This document shows positions 1 through 6,985 of a stretch of DNA of 10,523 nucleotides, piece after piece. Source of the DNA: Candidatus Eiseniibacteriota bacterium (lineage in GTDB: Bacteria; Eisenbacteria; RBG-16-71-46); contig JBGAOA010000013.1 of assembly GCA_044222065.1 (NCBI GenBank), positions 56,524-67,046 on the forward strand, in the 5' to 3' direction. Made by a program: the position numbers and the translations under genes. Below the pieces are notes generated by a model. The model was given only the letters and a program-made list of their open reading frames with translations, did no database searches and was not told the origin of the DNA. Positions within the stretch are counted from its first letter, which is position 1; every line of letters starts with the position of its first letter.

Positions 1-717
1 CACGTGATTCCGCGCGTGCTCGCCGACATCGGGACGCAGGAAGCGGCGCGCGCCCTCGAACGGCTGCGCGAGCGCCACGACGTGCGCCTCGCGTACCGCG
101 TGCTCAAGGCGCAGAACAAGATCCGCGTGCGGTCGCCCGAGGTCGAATTCGACCGGCGGATCGTGCGCGAGCAGCTCGAGGCCGACGTCCGCGCCTGCCT
201 GTTCGCGTTCGTGCACTACCGCGCCTGTCCGATCGGCGAGCGCGCGAGCGCGGAGCGGCTGTTCTGCGTCGCGCTGAGCGAGCGCGAGGAGCAGGCGCTG
301 AACCGCGTGTTCCGCCGACTCGCGCTCGTCTATCCGCCCGGCGATCTGTTCGCGGCGTACCGCGGCGTGACCTCGGACTCGCCGCGCCTGCGCGGCAGCG
401 CGCTCGAGTTCCTCGAGAACGCGCTGGACGCCGAGGACCGCGCGCTCGTGCTGCCGCTCGTCGAGGGCGGGGGCGACGAGGCGCTGATGCGCCTCGCCGC
501 GCAGCGCTTCGGCCTGCGCGGCGCGGGATTCGAGGGCGCGCTGGCGGCCGCGCTCGAAGGAGACGACCAGTGGCTGCGCGCGTGCGCGCTCTACGTCGTG
601 GGTTCGAGGCGCGAGCGCTCCCTCGCGCAGTCCGTCGTGAGCGCGCTGTCGGCCGCGGACCTCCGCGTGCGCGAGACCGCGAACTGGGCCACGCTCGCGC
701 TCGGCACGTCGAGCTGA
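1..717 (+). CDS. HEAT-repeat protein, C-terminal part (5' truncated by window); resembles the C-terminus of NTT/TLC-HEAT transporter fusions
   Basis: Frame is open from base 1 to TGA at 715-717. HEAT-like units are present: SDSPRLRGSALEFLENAL, GDDQWLRACALYVVG, AADLRVRETANWA. It is followed directly by a cNMP-domain gene, the usual arrangement for NTT-HEAT proteins. Any transporter domain would lie outside the window. Confidence 0.75.
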   Translation, partial: HVIPRVLADIGTQEAARALERLRERHDVRLAYRVLKAQNKIRVRSPEVEFDRRIVREQLEADVRACLFAFVHYRACPIGERASAERLFCVALSEREEQALNRVFRRLALVYPPGDLFAAYRGVTSDSPRLRGSALEFLENALDAEDRALVLPLVEGGGDEALMRLAAQRFGLRGAGFEGALAAALEGDDQWLRACALYVVGSRRERSLAQSVVSALSAADLRVRETANWATLALGTSS

Positions 718-729
718 CCGGAGGATGCC

Positions 730-1260
730 TTGAAGGAAACGCTGACGCTCATCGAGAAGACCGCGGTGCTGAAGAGCGCACCGATGCTGTCCGCCGTTCC
801 GACGGAGGCGCTCGCCGAGATCGCCTCGCGCGCCCACGAGCAGCACTACGACGCGGGCGACCCCGTGCACCGCGAGGGCGAGCCGAACCGCGGTGCGTTC
901 ATGGTGCTCGACGGCGCGGTCGAACTGCGCCGCGGCCGCGCGCTCGTCCGCATGATCACGACCGGGCAGGCGTTCGGCGAGCTGTTCCTGTCGGAGGGCG
1001 AGCCGCACCGCTTCAGCGCGATCGCGAGCACGCACACGCACCTGCTGAACATCACGGCCGAGGACACGTTCGAGGCGATGTTCGACCATCCCGAGTTCGC
1101 GGTCGGCATGGTGCGCTCGATCGCGCGCCGCAACCTGGAGCTGGTGGAACGGCTGCTCGAGCTCGAGACGCTCCTCTCGCGCTTCCACGCCGCGCTGCGC
1201 GAGGCCGGCATCGAGCCTCCGGGCGTGCGCGAAGCGGAGCTGGCGCCGAGCGTGGACTGA
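730..1260 (+). CDS. Cyclic nucleotide-binding (CAP_ED/cNMP) domain protein without HTH
   Basis: TTG start with RBS GGAGGA at 720-725. cNMP barrel motifs: YDAGDPVHREGE..AFMVLDGAVEL..GQAFGEL. N-terminus LTLIEKTAVLKS is typical of HEAT-associated cNMP proteins. The C-terminal helix is coiled-coil-like and there is no Crp HTH. Confidence 0.85.
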   Translation: MKETLTLIEKTAVLKSAPMLSAVPTEALAEIASRAHEQHYDAGDPVHREGEPNRGAFMVLDGAVELRRGRALVRMITTGQAFGELFLSEGEPHRFSAIASTHTHLLNITAEDTFEAMFDHPEFAVGMVRSIARRNLELVERLLELETLLSRFHAALREAGIEPPGVREAELAPSVD

Positions 1261-1275
1261 GGATCGCGGGCGCCG

Positions 1276-2634
1276 TCAGGCGCGATCGCGCGCCGCGGCG
1301 GCCTCTCGCGCGTCGAGCGCGGCGAACTCCGCGCGCGAACGGCCGCGCAGCCACGCGACCTGCGCGATGAGCCCGAGGCCGAGCGCCGCGAACGCGACGT
1401 GCAATCCGGGCCCGCGCCACGCCGCGACGCCGGCGGCGAGCACCGCGATCATCACGCCGAGGTTCAGCGCGATGGACTCCGTGATCGCGCGCGTCGCGCG
1501 GCCGTGCACGATCGCGCCCTGATAGGCGCTCTGGAGCGCGGACAGCGCGGGCAGCGGCACGCCGACCCACGCGCCCGCGATCGCGAGCGGCAGCACGGTC
1601 GTGGGCAGCGCCGCGACGTGCGCGAACCACCACGCGCCGAGCGGCGTCGCGGCGAACGCGAGCAGCCCGAGCGACGTCGCCGCGGCGAGCAGCACCGTGA
1701 AGCGGCGCAGCGCGCGCACGGCGCCCGGGCGGTCGAGCAGCGACACGACGACCTCGCTGAGCGCGAATCCGACGCTGCGGAACGCGAACACGAGTCCGCC
1801 GAGCGCGGGCCACGCGGCGAGCGAGTCGAGCGCGACCGGCATGCGGCTGATCGCCGCCGAAGACAGCGGCATCGAGAGGAAGCCGATGAGCGGCGTGAGC
1901 GCGAGCGGCACGTAGAAGCGCCAGAACGCGGGCGGGGTGAGCGGCGGCTCGACGCGCGGCGCGACGCGCACGACGTCGCGCAGCACCGGCCGCACCGCGA
2001 ATCCCGCGAACGCCGCCTCGCTCACGACGCCCGCGGCGACCGCGAGCGCTCCGGCCGCGATGCCGGGGCCGGCGCCCGTGGCGAGCGCGGCGCCGATCAC
2101 GAGCGCGTTCGCGGCGAGCCGCACCGCCGTGCCCGCGCCGACCGCCCAGCCGCGGCCGTGGCGGATCATCACGCCCTGCTGGCAGCGCCGGTAGGCGATC
2201 GAGATCGTCCACGGCACGAGGATCCGGAACCCGAGGCGCGCGGGCTCCACGACGTCGGCGGGCACGCCGAGCACGCGCGCGGCGACGACGTCGAACAGCG
2301 GCGTGAACGCGACGAGCGCGTGCAGCGCGGTGAACGTGAAGCCGAGGCCGAGCGTCGCGCGACGCACGAGCCGGTACGACGCATCGTCGCGCGCGAGCGC
2401 GGTCGAGGCCGAGAGCAGCAGGATCACGGGCGACTCGATCAGCAGCGCGAGCGGGAACACGACGCCGCCGTAGGCCGCGAGCGAGACGCGCGGCTCGGCG
2501 AGGCGCGCCATGCCGGCCGAGACGAGCGGCAGCTCGAGCCCCATGAGGAGCCAGCTCGCGGCGAGCGGCGCCCACTGGGCGGCCACGTCGCGCACGCGCA
2601 GCGGCGCGGCGGCGGGCGACGCGGCCGCGCTCAC
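1276..2634 (-). CDS. MOP/MATE-superfamily multi-pass membrane transporter, ANKH-like (452 aa)
   Basis: GTG start at 2634 overlaps the upstream TGA (GTGA). About 12 hydrophobic segments fall in two similar halves (QWAPLAASWLLMGLELPLVSAGMARL..SLAAYG and FYVPLALTPLIGFLSMPLSSAAISRM..SLAAWP). The ORF-track extension to 3375 is a shadow of the methyltransferase gene. Confidence 0.8.
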   Translation of the reverse strand: MSAAASPAAAPLRVRDVAAQWAPLAASWLLMGLELPLVSAGMARLAEPRVSLAAYGGVVFPLALLIESPVILLLSASTALARDDASYRLVRRATLGLGFTFTALHALVAFTPLFDVVAARVLGVPADVVEPARLGFRILVPWTISIAYRRCQQGVMIRHGRGWAVGAGTAVRLAANALVIGAALATGAGPGIAAGALAVAAGVVSEAAFAGFAVRPVLRDVVRVAPRVEPPLTPPAFWRFYVPLALTPLIGFLSMPLSSAAISRMPVALDSLAAWPALGGLVFAFRSVGFALSEVVVSLLDRPGAVRALRRFTVLLAAATSLGLLAFAATPLGAWWFAHVAALPTTVLPLAIAGAWVGVPLPALSALQSAYQGAIVHGRATRAITESIALNLGVMIAVLAAGVAAWRGPGLHVAFAALGLGLIAQVAWLRGRSRAEFAALDAREAAAARDRA

Positions 2635-3461
2635 GTTCGCGGCTTTCGGCCCTCGGCCCACGAGATCGCGAACCACAGCGCGGCGTCCGGCCGCTCGCCC
2701 CACGCGCGCAACTCGCGCAGCGCCTCGCCGAAGGCGATCGCGTCCACGAGGCCGGGGTCCACGATCGCGCCGCGCGCGCCCTCGAGGATGCGCGCCATGT
2801 TCGCGACGAGCGGCGCGAACGACGGCTGTCCCGCGCAGCTGCCGAAGAAGATCCACGTGTTGCGAAGCGGCTCCGCGCCGGCCTCGTAGAGCAGCGACAC
2901 GAGCCGCCGGCCGACGATCGGGTCGTTGCCGAGCCGGTCGTAGGTGCGCTGGTAGGCGTGCCACACGGCGCCGAAGCCCGGCGGCTCCGGCCACAGCCGG
3001 AGCACGTCGTGATCGTCGTCGGCGAGCACGATCCGGCCGCCGGGCTTCGCCGCCCGCACCATCGCGCGAACGGCCGCCTGCGGATCGGCGAGGTGCTCGA
3101 GCACGAAGCGCGCGTGCACGACGTCGAAGCCGTCCCATTCGTCCTCGGCGAGCGGCGGTGCGAGCGCATCGCCCGCGCGCAGCTCGACGAGCGCGCCCTC
3201 GCCGTCGGCCTCGGCCTGCCGCCGCGCCTCGGCGAGCTGCTCGGCGCTGCGCTCGATCCCGACGACGCGCCCGGAGGGGCCCGCGGTGCGTGCGAAGTCG
3301 CGCGTGAGCTGGCCGAGCCCGCAGCCGACGTCGAGCACGGACTCGCCGCCCGCGAGGCCGAGTTCGCGCACGCACGCGGCATTCATGAGCGCGTTCAAGT
3401 CGGAGAGCCGCCGCTGTTCGGAGGGGCTCGTGCCGTGGACGTATCGGGAGTCGGAAGTCAT
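2631..3461 (-). CDS. Class I SAM-dependent methyltransferase (276 aa)
   Basis: ATG at 3461 (MTSDSRYVHG) with AGGT 5 nt upstream. Motifs: VLDVGCGLG (motif I), VVGIERS, FDVVHARFVLEHL, KPGGRIVL. Confidence 0.9.
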   Translation of the reverse strand: MTSDSRYVHGTSPSEQRRLSDLNALMNAACVRELGLAGGESVLDVGCGLGQLTRDFARTAGPSGRVVGIERSAEQLAEARRQAEADGEGALVELRAGDALAPPLAEDEWDGFDVVHARFVLEHLADPQAAVRAMVRAAKPGGRIVLADDDHDVLRLWPEPPGFGAVWHAYQRTYDRLGNDPIVGRRLVSLLYEAGAEPLRNTWIFFGSCAGQPSFAPLVANMARILEGARGAIVDPGLVDAIAFGEALRELRAWGERPDAALWFAISWAEGRKPRT

Positions 3462-3498
3462 TCGGAACCTGCGGGGCCGGGGCCGCGGACGCACCCGC

Positions 3499-3527
3499 GA
3501 AACTCGCGGGCCGCTCCGGCCGATAAT
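3499..3527 (+). promoter_or_regulatory. Putative alternative-sigma promoter (sigma28-like GCCGATAA -10) for the lipoprotein gene
   Basis: Perfect GCCGATAA at 3519-3526, with GAAA at 3499-3502 and a 16-nt spacer. It lies in the divergent intergenic region. Confidence 0.4.
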
Positions 3528-3647
3528 GGACAGGACGTTGACACCCCGGAGCGCGGTCGCGGAGTACTTATAGCGCACCCGCAGCACGCGCGCCCGACAC
3601 CGCTCCCTGCCGCTCACGCGACTCGCTCGCGTCGAAGGAGATTCCGT

Positions 3648-5018
3648 ATGAGGCCGCGTCACACGCCGTGGTTCGTGCTCGCACTCGCGCTTGCGCTCGT
3701 GTCCTGCGCCGGGCCGACCGAACTCGCCCGCCGGAGCAACGTCGCACTGCAGGGCGGCGATCCCGAGAAGGCCTATCAGCTCGCCCGCAAGGCGCTCGAC
3801 AAGGAGCCGCAGAACGCCGCGGCGCGCGAGGCCATGAACTCCGCCGCGCGCACGCTCGCCGACGACTGGCGCGAACGCATCCGCAACCTCGCGCTCTCGG
3901 ACACGCTCGGGGCGGCGAAGCTCACGCTCGACTTCGAATCGCTGCGCTCCGAGTTCCGCGCCTACCGCGTGACGCTCGCGCCGGACCCCGACTTCGATCG
4001 CGCCGAGGTCGCGCTGCGCGCGGCCGCAGGGCAGATCTACTACCGCCTCGGATCGAGCGACCTGAAGGACGGACGCCCGAAGCGCGCGTACAGGCGTTTC
4101 GCCGAGGCGACGCGCTACGTCGCCGCCTACGCCGACCTCGACCGCAAGATGCAGCGCGCCTGGGATCTCGCGCAGTCGCGCGTCGTCGTGCTGCCCGTGC
4201 GCGACGAGAACGCCGGCCCGGCGTTCGCGCGCGAGCTGACCGACCGGCTCTACGAGGATCTCGACTCGCGCATCCGGAGCGACCGCTACCGCTTCACGAA
4301 GCTCGTGCCCGAGAGCGAGGTGTGGAGCGTCGTCACGGTGCGCCAGCTCGATCGTCTCGACCGCGAAGGGGCGCTGAAGATCGCGCGCAAGCTCGGCGCG
4401 GACCGCGTCGTGTGGGCGCGCACGTTCGGCCTCACGACCGACACGCGCACCGACAACTTCCACGGACCGATCTGGAAGAAGGGCAGCGTGCGCGACAGCT
4501 CGGGCCGCAGCGTGACGACGTGGACCGAGGTGCCGTTCGAGATGCGCAGCCGCCAGCGCACCGTGCGCGTCCAGTGGGACGTCGAGGTGCTGTCGGCCGA
4601 CGACGACGCCGTGCTCGCGCGCGATCGCGACGCACGCGAGGCCGTCGCGCGCGCGGTCTGGACGTCGTTCCAGCCGCAGGGCGGCGCCGACGAGTACGCG
4701 CTCTATCCGTCCGACTGGCGCGACCGCGATAGGGAGCGCTGCGACTCGATCGACCGCCGCTGGAAGTCCAACTGCGAGGGGCTCACGCTGCCGCGCTTCC
4801 TCGAGCGCGCGAAGCGCGACCGCTCGCGCGGCGAATACCGCCGCGATTACCGCGGCGAGTTCGCCGGCGGCTCGCCGGTGTTCCTGAACGACCTGCCGCC
4901 CGCGGTGGATCTCGCGTACATCGCGCTCGCCGACTTGTGGAAGCCGGTGGACCAGGCGCTCGAGCGCCTCGACGCGCTCGACGACGCCGACGTCCCGGTC
5001 GTGAGCGACGACCTGTAG
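3648..5018 (+). CDS. Lipoprotein with N-terminal TPR-like helices and a CsgG/LpoB/TolB-N-like domain (456 aa)
   Basis: RBS GAAGGAG at 3634-3640 and ATG at 3648. The signal peptide ends in lipobox L-V-S-C20. TPR-like segments: GDPEKAYQLARKALDKEPQN and YYRLGSSDLKDGRPKRAYRRFAEA. Then VVVLPVRD..ELTDRL..ALKIARKLGADRVVW. Confidence 0.75.
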   Translation: MRPRHTPWFVLALALALVSCAGPTELARRSNVALQGGDPEKAYQLARKALDKEPQNAAAREAMNSAARTLADDWRERIRNLALSDTLGAAKLTLDFESLRSEFRAYRVTLAPDPDFDRAEVALRAAAGQIYYRLGSSDLKDGRPKRAYRRFAEATRYVAAYADLDRKMQRAWDLAQSRVVVLPVRDENAGPAFARELTDRLYEDLDSRIRSDRYRFTKLVPESEVWSVVTVRQLDRLDREGALKIARKLGADRVVWARTFGLTTDTRTDNFHGPIWKKGSVRDSSGRSVTTWTEVPFEMRSRQRTVRVQWDVEVLSADDDAVLARDRDAREAVARAVWTSFQPQGGADEYALYPSDWRDRDRERCDSIDRRWKSNCEGLTLPRFLERAKRDRSRGEYRRDYRGEFAGGSPVFLNDLPPAVDLAYIALADLWKPVDQALERLDALDDADVPVVSDDL

Positions 5019-5095
5019 GGCCGGTTCGCGCGATCGAGCCTTCGAACGGCGGCCGGGTCCGAACGCGCGACGTTCCGCCCGCGCGCGGGTGCCGG

Positions 5096-5104
5096 TGGTA
5101 GAGT
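5096..5104 (+). promoter_or_regulatory. Putative extended -10 promoter element (TGnTAGAGT) for the oxidoreductase
   Basis: TGGTAGAGT lies 52 nt upstream of ATG 5157 in otherwise GC-rich intergenic DNA. RBS GGAG is at 5148-5151. Confidence 0.4.
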
Positions 5105-5156
5105 GCGGCCCGCGCGTGGGTGAGGCGATGGGGCCGGCCCCGCGCCCGGAGACCGC

Positions 5157-6383
5157 ATGTCATCCCGCTACCTGATCGTCGGCGGCGGCGGCGCCGCCGC
5201 GTCCGCGATCGAGGGCATTCGCGCGCACGATCGCGACGGTGCGATCACGCTCGTCTCGCGCGACAACCACCTGCCGTACCGGCGCCCGCTGCTGTCGCGC
5301 GACCTGTGGTTCGGCCGCGCGACGCTCGACGATCTCGCGCTCCACGACGAAGCGTGGTACCGCGAACGCGGCGTCGAACTGATGCTGCGGCGCGAAGCGG
5401 TCGAACTCGACACCGAGCGCCGCCTCGTGTGGGACGACCGCGGCGCCGAGCACGGCTACGAGAAACTGCTGCTCGCGACCGGCAGCCGCGCACGGCTGCT
5501 CGATGCGCCCGGCTCGGCGCTCGAGGGCGTGCATTACTTCCGATCGCTCGAGGATTGCCTGTTCCTGGAAGAGCGCGCGAGCCGCGTGCGGCACGCGCTC
5601 GTCGTGGGCGGCGGCTTCATCGCCATGGAGCTGTCGGCGGCGCTCCGGCACCGCGGGCTCGACGTGACGCTGCTGCTCCCCGAGGAGTATCCGCTGCGCC
5701 GCCTGCTGCCGCGCGACCTCGGCCTCCACCTCGCGAGCGCCTATCGCGCGCGCGGCATCGAGGTCATCAGCGGCGAGACCGTCGTCGCGATCGAAGAGCA
5801 CTCCGGCGCTCTCGTCGCGCGCACGCCCGGCGGCAACTACGTGGACACCGAGCTGATGCTCGTCGGCGCCGGCGTCGTGCCGCACGACGAACTCGCCGAG
5901 GCTTCGGGCCTCGAGGTGGACATGGGCATCGAGGTGGACGAGTTCGCGCGCACGAGCGACGCGAACGTCTATGCCGCCGGCGACGTCGCCGAGTTCCCGT
6001 GCCCGCCGCTCCAGCGCCGCATGCGCTGCGAACACTGGCGGCACGCGCTCGAACACGGTTACGCCGCGGGCGCGAACATGGCGGGCGCGAACCTGCCCTA
6101 CGACGCGGTCCCGGCGTTCGACTCGGCGTTCTTCGAGCACGCCTGGGAGGGCGTCGGCGAGCTGGACGCGTCGAGCGTCGTCGAAGAGGTGTGGGACGAG
6201 ACGTTCCATCGCGGCGTGTTGTTCTACCTGCGCGACGAAGTCGTGCGCGGCGTGCTGCTGTGGAACCGGCCCGGGCTCGTCGAGTGGGCGCGCGGACTCG
6301 TGCGCGAGGGCCGGCCGACGACGGTCGAGGAGCGCGCGAAGGCGATTCCGCGCGCCCAGGCCGAGGCGCTCGCGGGCCGTTAA
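5157..6383 (+). CDS. NAD(P)/FAD-dependent oxidoreductase, AIF/ferredoxin reductase family (408 aa)
   Basis: FAD site YLIVGGGGAA, plus PYRRPLLS and LLLATGS. NAD site VVGGGFIAMEL. Also TSDANVYAAGDVA, EHWRHA and C-terminal RGVLFYLRDEVVRGVLLWN. Confidence 0.92.
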   Translation: MSSRYLIVGGGGAAASAIEGIRAHDRDGAITLVSRDNHLPYRRPLLSRDLWFGRATLDDLALHDEAWYRERGVELMLRREAVELDTERRLVWDDRGAEHGYEKLLLATGSRARLLDAPGSALEGVHYFRSLEDCLFLEERASRVRHALVVGGGFIAMELSAALRHRGLDVTLLLPEEYPLRRLLPRDLGLHLASAYRARGIEVISGETVVAIEEHSGALVARTPGGNYVDTELMLVGAGVVPHDELAEASGLEVDMGIEVDEFARTSDANVYAAGDVAEFPCPPLQRRMRCEHWRHALEHGYAAGANMAGANLPYDAVPAFDSAFFEHAWEGVGELDASSVVEEVWDETFHRGVLFYLRDEVVRGVLLWNRPGLVEWARGLVREGRPTTVEERAKAIPRAQAEALAGR

Positions 6384-6412
6384 CGGTTCCGCCGCGGGCC
6401 GCGTCCTTCCCG
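6381..6412 (+). promoter_or_regulatory. Putative autoregulatory ECF sigma promoter (-35 TAAC, 17 nt, -10 CGTC)
   Basis: TAACGGTTCcgccgcgggcCGCGTCCTTCCCG sits directly before the sigma gene. It is 26/32 identical to 8026-8057 and fits the general ECF AAC/CGT consensus. Confidence 0.8.
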
Positions 6413-6414
6413 AA

Positions 6415-6985
6415 GTGGCGACCGATGCGATCGCGCTGGACTTGGACGTCGTCGGGACGGACGACGGGGGATCGCCGGTGACGGCCGACGAAACGACCCG
6501 GCTCGTCCGGGCCGCGCAGTCGGGCGCGACCGAAGCGTTCGGGGCGCTCTACGAGCGCTTCCGTCCGATGGTGCACGGCGTGCTGCTCGCGCGCGTGCCG
6601 CGGGCCGAGGCGCGCGATCTCGCGCAGGACGTGTTCCTCGCCGCCTACGAGCGCCTCGGCGCGCTGCGCGACCCGGCCGCGTTCCCGGGCTGGCTCGCGA
6701 CGATCGCGCGCAACCGCGCGCTCGACTGGCGGCGGAGCACGCGCGAGACGGTCGAACTGCCCGACGACGTCGCGGCCGAGTCGCGCGCGACGGAGGAGGG
6801 CGCGCGCGTGATGGCGCTGCTGCGCGAGCTGCCCGAGGCGTACCGCGAGACGCTCGTGCTGCGGCTCGTCGAGGGATTGAGCGGGCCCGACATCGCCGCG
6901 CTCACCGGGCTCACCGAGGGCTCGGTGCGCGTGAACCTGCACCGCGGAATGAAGCTGCTCAGAGCGGCTGGGAGTCGTGGAATGA
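6415..6985 (+). CDS. ECF RNA polymerase sigma-70 factor (apparent frameshift at about 6961, near the 3' end)
   Basis: Region 2: DLAQDVFLAAY..FPGWLATIARNRALDWRR. Region 4: LPEAYRETLVLRLVEGLSGPDIAALTGLTEGSVRVNLHRG. Start is GTG 6415, or GTG 6478 with GGGGGA upstream. The natural end ERLGVVE-TGA (6962-6985) is in the adjacent frame. Confidence 0.88.

Noticed and set aside
725..733. Mini-ORF ATG CCT TGA overlapping the TTG start of the cNMP gene
   Set aside because: The ATG overlaps the RBS itself and has no RBS of its own. It is probably chance.
1261..1287. GATCGCG/CGCGATC inverted repeat at the convergent junction
   Set aside because: It is only 7 bp, lies partly inside a CDS, and is unremarkable at this GC content.
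1052..3382. Long overlapping ORFs (776 aa minus, 496 aa plus, and similar ones across the window)
   Set aside because: These are Arg/Ala/Pro-rich shadow frames expected in very high-GC DNA. They show no motifs and overlap well-supported genes.
3538..3571. TTGACA with TACTTA as a complete sigma70 promoter
   Set aside because: The spacer is 21 nt and there is no good -10 at 16-18 nt, so it was not called as a promoter.
2631..5018. Extended starts in the ORF track (methyltransferase from 4463, lipoprotein from 2958)
   Set aside because: The extensions overlap opposite-strand genes. RBS, motif and signal-peptide evidence place the starts at 3461 and 3648.
5019..5090. GAAC boxes and a weak inverted repeat as a third ECF promoter or a terminator
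   Set aside because: There is no CGTC 17 nt downstream of either GAAC. The stem is short and imperfect and lacks a U-tract.
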